Of a DNA stretch of 64,000 nt, positions 36,499-48,169 are shown piece after piece (the stretch's first letter is position 1; each line of letters starts with the position of its first letter). A program made the translations under genes and the position numbers. Source of the stretch: Psammoneis japonica. Lineage: Eukaryota. The stretch lies in the NCBI GenBank assembly GCA_008632985.1, contig QPGO01000301.1:1-64000 (forward strand), in the 5' to 3' direction. The notes beneath the pieces were generated by a model, which saw only the letters and a program-made list of their open reading frames with translations, was not told where the DNA came from and made no database searches.

Positions 36499-38832
36499 AA
36501 GCTACGTCGAAAACCACGCATCAGCTGTGAGAAGTTGAAGAAGCCCATTGTGGACCACAGCAATGATCATGTTTTTCATGACGAGCATTGCAAAAGGGAG
36601 AAGCTTGAACAGTCGGATGATGACATGCAGGAAGATCCCTGCATTCCCAAACTTCCCACCAACGTGCCATGCAAAGTGCTCATGAGTTGCGCGAGTGGCT
36701 GCCGGAGGATTTTCTCATTTGGGCCATTCGACCCCGATGACAGACTGCCATCCGAGGCCTTGTTTGACATCATTGCAGGTTGGTGGTACAACCATGTGTT
36801 GCGGATTGCCTCTGATGGTGAGTGCAGAGGCAGCACTTGTCTGCCGGACCAGTGGTGCAGGCCTTTCAAGCCGCAACGACACTCTGAGCTGGTGGAGACT
36901 GTCACCGAAGACAAACAAATGGTTGAAGTTCACTTCCCTGCCGGACCAAGCAGGAAGGATCATTTCAAAGAGCCGCTTGCTCACCTTGCTGATTGGTGCA
37001 GGGCAGCTCCTGGACTTGCATGGTGCAAGTTTTGTTGAAGGATTCGTCACCATCGTTGCATGCATCACGCCAGTGCCCATGATGCAGGGTTGAAGGAAGA
37101 GGTGGAGGAGGAGGAAGAGGAAGAGGGGAAGGAGGGCACTGAAGAGACGGATGACCTGCAAAAGGCCGAGGCTGGCACTGCAAGGTTGCAACCAAGACAA
37201 AAACCAGGAGGAGGAAGATGGGGCCATGGATCAATCGGCTGAGGAAGATGAGGAAGATGGGGCCATGGATCAATCGACTGAGGAAGAGGAGGAAGAGGAG
37301 GAAGATGACGGTGTGCAAGACGAAATCCAGGAGGAGCAAGATCCAGAGGAAACTGAGGACGAGGAGGACAATGAACACAAGGAAGAAGTTTCTGCGGCTG
37401 CAGAACAGAAGTGAGAGAAATCCAAGACTGCCAAAGAGATGAGGGAGAAAGCCAAGGCTGCAAAAGAGAAGAGGAAGAAAGCCCCGGCTGCAGAAGAGAA
37501 GCAGGAGACAGTGGGAGATGCTGGACGCAGACGTTCGCATCAGACCTTGAAAGAAATCACTGGAGTGCACAAGGATGAGGATCTCATTGGCCTTTGTAGC
37601 TCTGTCCCGAAACCAAGGGCAAAAGGAGACACTTCATGGCGTCGGTTGACCAAAGCGCAGCAATGCCAAGAAAGGGATCGACTCGAGCGTGAGTGCGAAG
37701 ACGCTCAAGTGATGTTGCAGGTTGCCAAACTCATTTGGATTGATCCAAGCAAATGGAGCAGCAGGCATCAGCGTCCTGGCGATTCCAAAGGAGACGTTCC
37801 TCACTTGTTTGATTGCTTTGAAGGGAAAAACAAGGGCGTCATGTTGTGCAAACCATGGTTTGACATGCGGTGCAATGAAATGAACGGCCATCCCATGAAC
37901 ATGTGTGCGGGCCTCATTTTACGTGCCAAACACAAACCAAACGTTCCCCAGCAACTCAATCGAAAATGCAGGGACGAGATCAAGAACAAGGTGGAATTGA
38001 TCTGCAACCCACCACAGATTGCCAAACTGAAGAGATTGACTGAAGCGGAGATTCAAAAACTTCCACCTGTTGGGCAGGGAGCTGATTTCATTGGTTGCAG
38101 CTTGGAGGGGAACCGTCCTGTGCATGCAACCCTGGATTGGGCTGAGTGCAATTTTAAGTTTCGGCTTCCAGATGTGTGGAAAGATTTGAAAGAATTGAAC
38201 CCATCGGATGGTTGTTGCTCCTTGCCAGAAGGAAACGTGTTGATGCCATCGAACAGCAACTTGCCAACGAGCGGTCCACCCGTGAAATTCCTGCAAGGAC
38301 AAAACAACACTTGCATTTTTTCCTCCCTGGCCAGTGTTCTTGATCATGCTGGCAACGTGGAAATGAGAGACTGCATTGCTTCTCACATTCAAACATCTGC
38401 CAACTATGCCGACACTGACAACAAGCACATGTTGTTTGCAAAGAACATGTTGAATGGTCGTTTGAAGGGAAAATTCCCGCCTGAGAACTCAAACATGAAG
38501 TTTTGCGGCAGTGTGGATCGAACGAGTTCCCTTGCAGCAGGTGGTGAATTTGACGTGACGACCTGCAATGATGACTTCACAACTTTGTGCCATCTTGTGA
38601 ACAACCACTGCATTGCCTTGCACCATGGATGGATCTTTGATTCCAACCACCCTTTTGCATTGCCAGCAAAGGACATTGAGTGTTTCAATTGGTGTCTTGG
38701 GAACGAGGAACATGAGGTGAAATGCATGGCAAAAAAGCATCTGCAACAAGTGTTCATGGTGCACCAGTTCGAACTTCCTGGGGCGGTGCAGCAGAAGTTG
38801 CATGCAAAAAGGAAAGCTTTTGTGTTGGATGG

Positions 38833-41800
38833 TTAATCTAGTTGCATGACATTGCCATTTTGTTTGTCAGAATTGTCGCTGTCACTGTCCCCTGCCGCGC
38901 TCTCATCATCCTCCACAGTGTCTTCCATGTCGTCATTCTCTCCCCCCCCCCACTCACCAGTTTCAATGTCTTGTTCCTCCACCTCGTCCAAAGAGTCCTC
39001 AAAATGATCCATTGCCTCCTGCTGTCGGATGGCATCCAGAATTCCTTCATGCTCGTCATCACTCAAATGACGTGGATGAAGAAGTGAAGCCTCATTCCTG
39101 TTGCACGCACTTGGCAGTTCCAGATTGGCTGATGGTTCATTGAGCTCAATGTTGGCAGCTGCAATTTGCTTGAGCAACACTCTTGTCTTACATTCCTCAG
39201 CATCACCGGGAGTGTGCCATCCTCTGGCCCGTGGAACAGGGTTAAGATGCATTCCCTTGCAAACCCATTCACCGGCCTCAACAGTTGTGGGTGGGTCAAA
39301 CTCTTTCCAAACCTCATCCTCCTGTGCTTTGTGGGGGGGTTCATCCCATTGCAGCAGATGGAATCCCTCCTCAGATTCACAAGACAATGTGGCACAGCTG
39401 TTTGGAACAATTTCCTTGGCCATTTCCTCAGTCAGGAAGTCCAGCACAGATTTGTGAACAAACTGCACCTCGTTGGCGTCACTCTTGTCTGTTTGAATCA
39501 CCTGACACACTTGCCAATCATTCAGTCCCTCAAAGATGGGCCACAGTTTGCAAGCTCGGTTGCCACCTGCATGTCGTGGCTGCTCTGTTGGCTTGACATT
39601 TTTAACCCAAGGCCGTTTCAGCTGATCCAGGCAGGCTTCACAAGCACAAGGAATTCTTTGCATCGCAACCCAACCAATGGGGAAAAGAGGTTCAAATTGG
39701 AAATGGCGCAAGGCTCCAACGCCACAATGGCGCGTGTGCACTTGCACCAATCCAATCAACTTGACTTTGATTGAAGAGCCAAGAACTTTGTCAGCTTCCT
39801 GCAGACAATGCACCCTTTGAATTGACTTTTGAAGGGACTCCCTCTTGGCATGTTTTCTGTCACCAACTGTGCCAAAAGCATTCTTGTTCTTTGTGAGCAT
39901 TTTGCAACATTCCTTTGCACAACTGTGTGCGGCTACAACACTGTTGTCATCCATGACCAAAGCTTCAGGTCTAATTTTCCCATCCTTGTCATTGACTCCT
40001 GCAACAGTTGTGGACTGCATTTCTCAATGCATGGGTGATTCAATGCAGGCTCCAATGCCATCAACCTCTCCTTTGCCATGTCCAGGTGCTCCAATGGCAC
40101 GGTCAAACACAATGTTGCATTTGTGCGCAAAGACAGACAACAAGCACAGTGCCAAAGCACATTGGCATTGTTTGGCACAACCATCAGTGTGATCCCAAAT
40201 CACAAGCCACGCCTTGTGCAGGTTGCGGTTTTTTAACCAGGTGACAAACTTTTCCAAGTGAGCATTGGCGGTGGTGGCATCTTGCTTGGAAGAGTCAGAG
40301 AGATGCACATGATGTGTTTTCTGAAGCTCGTTGTCAACCATTGCATCGCAAACTCTTCCTTTGATTGACAATGTTCGGTTGTTGCCATGATGGTCACCCT
40401 GAACTTGGTTGTTGAACTCTGCCTTCTGATGCTCGGAGCAGTCATGAGACGTGAACAGGCTGTTGGGTGTTGACTCAAATGCTTTGCGATGCATTTCCAT
40501 GCAATGATTTTTCCCAAGAATGACCACATGGGGAAGGTGGCAGCGGAGCTTCTCTAAACTTGGAATGCAGTGCTCTTTTGTAAAGACACCGACTGGATTT
40601 CGGAACCTTGTCAACAAGGTCCTGCATTTCACCTTTGCGTCCTTGTTCCCATCTGGATCTGCCTCACAAACAGGACATGCTTCCATGTGCACACCATGCT
40701 TGGAACAACTTTTTACAGTCAAACAACATTGAAACAAAACTTGGGGCGCACTGGGACTTTCATTCTGTTCCAACAATGGAGTTGGGCAGGATGGGCAATG
40801 CTCACATTCACCCAAAACGCATTTCCAATGAGGATGATCCTGACCATTGACATTGCCACAAATGATGGTTGCAGCTGCATCTCGGGCTTTGGGATGAAGG
40901 TGATGGCCGTTGGGGCCAAACGCTTCCTCTTGACAAACACGCATTGTTTCCTCCAATTTGCCAAGGGCACTGTCATGGTTCTCCAAGTTCTCAGGATCCT
41001 CACTTGCAAGCTTCAGCCGATTTTGCTCCACCTCCATCTCTTTTAAAAGCTTCCTTCGAAACCTGTTCAATGCATCTTGTAGAAAATTGGCATTGGTGCA
41101 ATTGCTGCATTGACACATGCTGCATTGACTTGCGTTCATTTTTCGACACTGCTTGGGAATCAAAAATCGAAACATCGTGTCACTGATGAGGGTCTTGCCA
41201 TTGGCATCACGTGCATGTTTGAATCCGCCAACAGACACAGGCTTCAACATGTTGTTGTGCAGCTCACGCATGGACACATTGCGCAACCATTTGTTCACTT
41301 GTTTCTTGTTTCCATCTTCATCTTTAATGAGAATCATGTCTTGTGTGTTGGGAGACTGCACTGTGTCGGGATGATTCGACAACCAGTGCACAAATGCCTT
41401 TCGGATCTCAGGGGAAACTTTGTGAGGACGCCGACGGGGTTGCACTGAAGACCACATGACATCGTCAGTGTTTGAAAGCAATGCCTCTCTGGCAATCTTT
41501 CCCTTCTTCATTTGGCAACAAACAGTGCTCCATCTCAGGCCAAGTGCCTTGGCGCAGTCATGGGAAGACAACTTTTCCTCTTCAGCAGATTTTTCTGGTG
41601 AACTGGAGATTCCAGTTGCAAGAGCACGGACAAACGATTTTTTGTCGTCGGCGAGGTGTTGACCATTGCTGGTGTCATTGGCACGTGCCCACATTTTGCC
41701 CAACTGCTTGGCAATTTGCAAGGCCGCAGCATTTGTTTTCGGCAATGTCAAGCTGCAAGCCTGAAGAAATGGGGCCATTTCGGGAAAATGCAAAGCACAC

Positions 41801-42795
41801 ACAAACGCACAGATTTGTTGTTCTTGAGTGGCGGCGCAAGATGACACTCCTTCTCTCACTTTAACTGCTGCACGATGAAGTGCCTGTTGGGGATCTTTGT
41901 GGGTTGCTTCAACTGCATGAGGATTAAAAGTGGGGCAACCTTGGGAGGCGGTGAGGTTGACAGCAGTTTGGTTGGCCGAAGCGACAGAGGGAGTGACGGC
42001 GGCATTGTCAGAGTTGGGGTTGGAGGGAGTGGCGGCCGCTCCTGCAGTGTGCATTTGGGAGGGGGCTGGCTGTCTTGGCAAGGACGACCCTGGACAATGA
42101 GTGGGGTGTTCCTTGGAGGTGTTCAGGTTGAAAGCAGCCAGGTCGGCGGGAGCAACGGAGGGAGTGACGGCGGCATTGTCAGAGTCAGGGTTGGAGGGAG
42201 TGGCGGCCGCTCCTGCAGTGTGCATTTGGGAGGGGCCTGACTGTCTTGGCAAGGACGACCCTGGACAATGAGTGGGGTGTTCCTTGGAGGTGTTTGGGTT
42301 GAAAGCAGCCAGGTCAGTGGGAGCAACGGAGGGAGTGACGGCGGCATTGTCAGAGTCAGGGTTGGAGGGAGTGGCGGCCGCTCCTGCAGTGTGCATTTGG
42401 GAGGGGCATGGCAGTCTTGGCAAGGATGACACTGGACAATGAATGAGGTGTTCTGTGGAGGGGTTCGGGTTGAAAGCAGCCAGGTCGGTGGGAGCAACGG
42501 AGGGAGTGACGACGGAGGCAGCAGAGCTCGGGTTGTTTGGATTGAAGGGAGTGGCTGCAGCTGCTTCAGCTGCAGCAACGACATGGTCGGAGACCGTGGA
42601 GTGTGTTTCAAGTTCACAACAAGGCTTCTTGTTTTTGCTGTTGCCAGTCCCTGACTTGTGTCGATGGCCAACTCCATTTTGCTTCTTCCTCTTGTTGCCC
42701 ACGATGCACTGGAAATTTGATTGAAAGTGTGCGTCGAGAGGGCGCTGGTGGGTGAGACGGATGGCAAGTCGAGAGGACACATTTTTTTGGCACAC
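38833..42795 (-). pseudogene. Sola2-like DDD transposase, frameshifted at ~40.03 kb
   Basis: CQCSNCTN, CVLGECEHCP, HDCSEH (DYSE-like), HLSDSSKQD, HTDGCAKQC (DGCAxQY), APGHGKGEVDGIG. Confidence 0.78.
41985..42560 (-). repeat. 171-bp (57-aa) coding tandem repeat, ~3.3 copies, in the transposase N-terminus
   Basis: SQMHTAGAAATPSNPDSDNAAVTPSVAPTDLAAFNPN... repeated; anchors at ~42158, 42329 and 42500. Confidence 0.9.
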
Positions 42796-43112
42796 TCAAT
42801 CAAATTAACTGTGTTGTGTCTGTAGAAATGATGCATGTTCGGACGTCAGTTGAGTTGAAGAAGACCAAACACACGAGCTCCGAAAAATGAAAAAGTGAGT
42901 GATCACGAGCATTTTTCACGTAGAATGGGACACCAGCCGAAAATCACATTTAGCACAATTGACTCCTTCATTTTTGATCATTTCGAAAATCGAAAGGTAA
43001 GTGTACACCCGAAAACACATGTAAAGTGTACACTTGCCCTTCGATTTGGCAAAAAACGGATTTTGAAAAAGTTGTTTGCGCCAAACCTAAAAATGATGGG
43101 AATCGAACCCAC

Positions 43113-43139
43113 GCGGAGCACCTGGAGCTGGAACAGGCC
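43113..43139 (-). repeat. Right TIR
   Basis: gcggagcacctggagctggaacaggcc. Confidence 0.95.
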
Positions 43140-46100
43140 GAATGTCTGTCAATGAATTTTCTGAAGAAAGGACAAAAAACCAGTGACACCCTCTGGCCTG
43201 GTCTCATGTGGAACACCCCACATCACAAATTCTTGGATGTGTGATCCTGTGTGGTGTTTGCTTTGGCATGCTCACAAGTGGATCAAGAGCGCATTTTGTG
43301 CTTTTGAAAGGGGGCACAGTGAATGATCAGTGACGCGTGTTTCACCAGGCAGGAAAGTCACCTCCCTTCACATTTTTGAGAGCTGGATGCTGGAATTTGT
43401 TCTCGCTGATCTGCTTCATCACAAGACAACTTGTCTCTTTCATTGTCCAGAACTTTCTTGTTGCCAAAACATCAGCGGCACATTTCTCTTTTGACCTGGT
43501 CATTCAGTCAGCTGCTCACCACCACAACCTGAAATGGCCTGGTCCAAGGTGCAAGTGCTGCATGGGCAGAAGCAACTGAAGATGAAGGAGCCACAAAATG
43601 CATTGGATGTGCAACTTGCATCAGGCAGGGCCACACACATCATTGTTTCATTTGCAAATCATGTTGTCTGTGAGAGCTGTGGTGCTGGGGAAACAATGTT
43701 TGCTCTCTTCAGAAGCGCTGCAGCACTGGCACCTGGATCATCCAAAGAAGTGCCGGCATTTTTTGGCATCACTTCAACAATTTGAATGTGTGTTGCATTG
43801 CCAAAAAAGCACGCTGTCTTTCAGTCTGGCCGGGCCTTCCTGTGTGGGGCAAGATGATGTTCAAAAGGAACAAACAGATGATGATGGATGGCAAGCAAAA
43901 ATTGGCTCCTCCTTTGTGGTGGGAACCCTGGACACAGCAAAAGGAGGTGTGAAACCTGGGATGGTTTGTGCTGACATGCACACAAGTGTCAACTTTCTGA
44001 GCTTTCCCCTTGACTTGCCACCAACCAAATTTAAAAAAATTGCGTTGTCAACTGACAAGTTTGCTGTCAATTGAAGTGCCGTCAAATGCGTGCACACAGA
44101 GTGGCACACAACACATGAGTGGAGTTCTGTGATTTAATTGTTTGGGCTTTTCTTGCACTGAACAATGTGGAGGCAACATCATGATGATCTGTGCACAAAT
44201 TTCTGCTGTTGTCATGATGAGATGACTGGGGTCTTGAGTTTGGTTGCATTCTGTGTTCTCAAATCATTTTTTGTCCTGACTGTTCTTTCCTTGGTGGATC
44301 ATGCTCTTTGTTTGATGGAGCAATGACATGCAACATGCAAGGCACAATTTGCAACATGCTGGTTTTGTTGCAATTGCTGTGGTTCACACCCACAATGCCG
44401 GTTGTGTTGCACGTGCTGCACAGTTTGCAGAGAGGATTGTGACATGGGCAAGCAGATGCAGGCGGCATTTGTCTGTTGTGTGGTGGCACTGTGGTGGGAA
44501 ATAGAAAGAAGTGCCTTGCAATCAGAGACAAAATTTCAAAAATTAGAACAAATGCTCAGAAGCAGCTTCTTTTCAGTGTTGTGTCATTTGCCAGATCCCA
44601 ACATCTTGTTGCACTGCTCTTTGGTTCCATCAACTAGAGCAGGGCTTTACACCCATCCAGCAGCATGCACAGATTTGAGCTTCTCTTCAGCAGCTGTTGA
44701 AGATGCAGACCATTTCTGGTTTTAACCCCAGAGAGCATGACATGCACCCAGTTTTTAGTGTGGTTCCAGCTGTGCACAAAAACATTGTCTGAACCACTTT
44801 CTTCTTGTGGCTTTTGTCCAGTTGTTGCATTGTTTGTTGCAAAGGGCACTTGGCTTGCTTTCAGGGACAGCGCACGCTTCTCTCTTTCATTTGCAATCAT
44901 GTCTTGCATTGGGTCTTTGATGCAGGCTTCCAATGTGGTTGATTTGAGCTTGAGCAAAAAGGTTGGTGCAGGTCAATGCTTTTGTTGCTGTGGTTGAGCA
45001 CTGCATGATCCACCTGGGATGCTGTCACACCTGGAGTAGATGCCCCACAGTCTAAAACAACTGGTGACAAACTCTTTCACAGTTTCAGCATGACTTTTGC
45101 TGTGGTTGCCTGTGTTTTCTGTTTGCAACGCCACTGGCCACATTGTTGCTGTGCAGTGGCTGTCATCACTCTGCACCCTGTGTGTGTTTGCAATGACACT
45201 GGATCAAGTCTTCCCAGCTGCATGACCACCTGCTCTCTCCACAGTTCTTCCAGAATGTTTTGTGCACAGGAAGAGGTCCCACCATGCATCCAACACTTGA
45301 CAATGTCAATGTGAGTCTGCTCGCTTGCCAGCCCCCCACCAACATTTGTTGTGGCTCCAAGCAAGACCCGTTGTCGCACAGCAAAGGCAGCAGCATGCAA
45401 ATGACAACAGATCATTGTTCCACATTGGTTTGCACTGCACACCACTGAACCATTGTCAACTGCACTCCATTTGGCAGCAGAGCATCAGTGTCATCACCCC
45501 GGTGGCAACATTGACAGATTTGAGGATGAACACAAAGATGCTTGCATTGGATTTGAAGATGACACCAGCTCTAAAACACAAATGCTGCAATTTCATTCAA
45601 GGAAAACTTGTCTGATGAACCCCGTGAGCAGACAAAAAACAACAACGCTGACATCTTTCACCAACAAGCAGACTTGCCATTGCCTTCCTGCTCTCCCTTG
45701 GTGGAAAAAGCTGCTGCATAGATTTGAGATGTGGGGACAATTTGCAATGACATGAACGTGATGCTGGTGGAAAATGCCATTCTTTTCAACACCTTGACCA
45801 AGGTGGGTGCACATGTGCAAAATGCAAAACAGCCATTTGCAGTGCAGTCTGTCCCTTGGAACGTGCTGCAGACTTAAAAGGAACACTCAGAACACACACC
45901 ATTGCACTGCAAAAATGTGTGCTTTGTTTTGAGATTCCGAGATGATTTGTCTCAAGTGTCTGGCACTGCATTGGGTTTGTTTGGAAAGCAGTTGTTTTGC
46001 CATTTGCAATCCCTGCACACCACTCAAAATGGCTGTGGCAAATCCTGTGGCAATTCCTTGTTTTTGAGTGGTCATCCTTCAGACTTGGAGATGTCATCCA

Positions 46101-46949
46101 AGGCGTTTTTGAGGCTGCCCCTGCTTGTCAATGTCAACAGATCATTTCAAATTGGCAAACCATGATGCACAGAGCTCCAAGATGAGATGAGGACATTTGC
46201 ATTGTCATTGAGCAGTGCTTGTTTCACATGTGCAGCCGGCTTTTTGGAAACCATGGAGACATCCCAGCAGGACAACTTTGCAAGTCCACAGCATTGTGCA
46301 GCGTTCGAGTGACATCAGGCATGGTCTCCTGTGCTGTCAGCAGGGTCTCAACTCATTGCATCTTGCATCTTGCTTGCTTGCTCCAAGGGGCCAAAGGAGA
46401 AAGGGGAAGGTGACCAACCATGGGAGACACTCCTGATGCTGACATCCAGACCATTGCCAGTTTCTGTCATTTCTTCATGGAACACAGTGATGACAGAATT
46501 GTCCCAACTTTGGATTTGTCTCATCAACAGGATTCAGGAATCCAAAAAGACAACCACAGGGATGTCATCCTTGCAAATGACAAGGTTGTCAAGCATGAGG
46601 AATGGAAAACCCAAAAGCAGCAGATCAAATCACATTGTTGTCGACATCCATTGTTGCAAGATGAGCTGACACAGGAGGAAGTTTTGGCTCTCCATGTTGC
46701 TGTGCTCCATGTCTCCTTGCAGACTCAAGACTCCACTTCATTTTGCAGCCCACTTTCTGATTTTTGTGCAAATTGACACTGTCCAAAAAGAGTTGAATTT
46801 TGGAATGAGTTTGAGCCATCTGTCAACAATTCTTGTGCTGGCCAAGAGCAAAAAATCATTTCAGTTCTAGATTCCACAATGATGGACAGCACGGGCGATC
46901 TTGGGAGATGCATGGAAGAGAAAGATGAGAAGAAATGCATGGATGACAG

Positions 46950-47330
46950 AGTTTTCCAACCCCTCAAAAAAGCTGGTCTCATTGGCACTGCAACAAGAGG
47001 CTCAAGATTTTGCCAGGGCAACCCCAACTTTTCAGTGACAGTGCCAAACAACAAAACAAAAACAGTTGGAAGGGCCAAGAAGGCAATGCATGGTTTGCTC
47101 TTGTCAATTGCTGCATGGGAAGCAGCAGTGCAGTGCAATGATGTGAGGGCATCTGTTGATGAATTGGATGACGAGAGGTCAAACCACCAGTGCAACGCCC
47201 TCCAGCCTGGTCTCATGCACGGCACTCTGCATTACAAATTTTTGGACACATGGTCCTCAATGGTGTTTGCTGTGGCGTGCTCACAAGTTGATCAAGAACA
47301 CATTTTGTGCTTTTAAAGAGGGGCACCTTG
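46950..47330 (+). repeat. Diverged, uninterrupted paralog of the sequence split by the Sola-like element
   Basis: Matches ~27350-27511 joined to 43144-43315 (tcaagattttgccag; aaggcaatgcatggtttgc; gcctggtctcatg; gctcacaagt-gatcaaga). Confidence 0.85.
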
Positions 47331-48169
47331 ATGGGTGAAAAGAGGAAGTGTGCGCCAGTGATGCACAGTTCATTGGGCAAGAAAGTTGCCTCCATGCGTG
47401 GGCCTTCTTCTGCTTGATTGCACGCAACAATGTGCAACCACACCTTGACAAAAATGGGCTTGCTCAGGAATGGCCTAAAGGAAAACCAGATGAGCTGAAG
47501 AAGAGACCCATTTCTGGGTCCGATCAAGGGATGTCTAAAAGAACACTTTGTTTTAAGTGTGGTGGCTTTGATGTGGGTGAAAGTCAAGACAGTTCAAAAT
47601 CTTGGAAGCTCATGATCTGCAATTGTGGCATGAAGACACCAGTGACAAAATGCTCTGCTGGTTGAAACATCTTCATTTTTGAACACTGTCTCACCCTGGT
47701 GCTGCACTGAGTTGTTTGCATTCCTGTCCATTTTGACTGTCACATGGAGATTGAACATGCAGTCAATTAATTGGCACACACGATGATTTGCAGAAAGCAA
47801 TTGCCAATTTGGCTGGGACCTCCACCTCCAAAAGTTGGACCTGTCACTTCAAAAAGTTTTTTGATGTTGACAGACAGAAAAAGAATTTTTGTGGAAATTT
47901 GAGATCAATGCTGCACATGTCCCACTGCATCGGCATTGGTGTTGCTGATCAATGAAGCAAGAAAAGACACGCAAGTGCAACTTTGGGACACATGACTGAA
48001 AATCATGTCCCCGCTCATTTATTTAATTCGGGAAAAGTAATAAGGCGCTGCCAGACTGGCTGACTGACTCGACGGAATAGACCAGATTGAACATCAACTT
48101 GCCCGCTGCTCCTGACTCGATCGCATATTACGTTTGAGTCTTGAGCAATTTCAATGCCGAAAACTGGAT

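Larger units (their letters stand above)
28460..38836 (+). pseudogene. Large cargo gene of the Sola-like element, split by the Copia insertion (GNAT-like N-part, acidic linker, papain-like C-part; tentative)
   Basis: ...QVDEKL (29801) continues in frame as RRKPRISCEKLKKPIVDH after 36498; further fragments at 37151-37414 and 37439-38836. Confidence 0.6.
27512..43139 (-). mobile_element. Sola-like TIR DNA transposon (15.6 kb; ~8.9 kb without the nested Copia)
   Basis: Perfect 27-bp TIRs; 4-bp TSD GAGT/GAAT (1 mismatch); flanks rejoin into a sequence paralogous to 46950-47330; internal DDD transposase. Confidence 0.85.
6780..48000. other. TpA-depleted transposon-rich domain B
   Basis: TA almost absent over ~41 kb; contains the nested elements listed below; CpG retained in younger elements and lost in older stretches. 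Confidence 0.9.

Noticed and set aside
30137..42795. Alternative genetic code or Tyr codon reassignment
   Set aside because: Neighbouring genes use TAY normally, and non-coding TAs are lost too.
6780..48000. Classical RIP or 5mC deamination as the sole cause
   Set aside because: RIP creates TA; CpG decay cannot remove TA or turn Tyr into Cys/His, and young elements retain CG.
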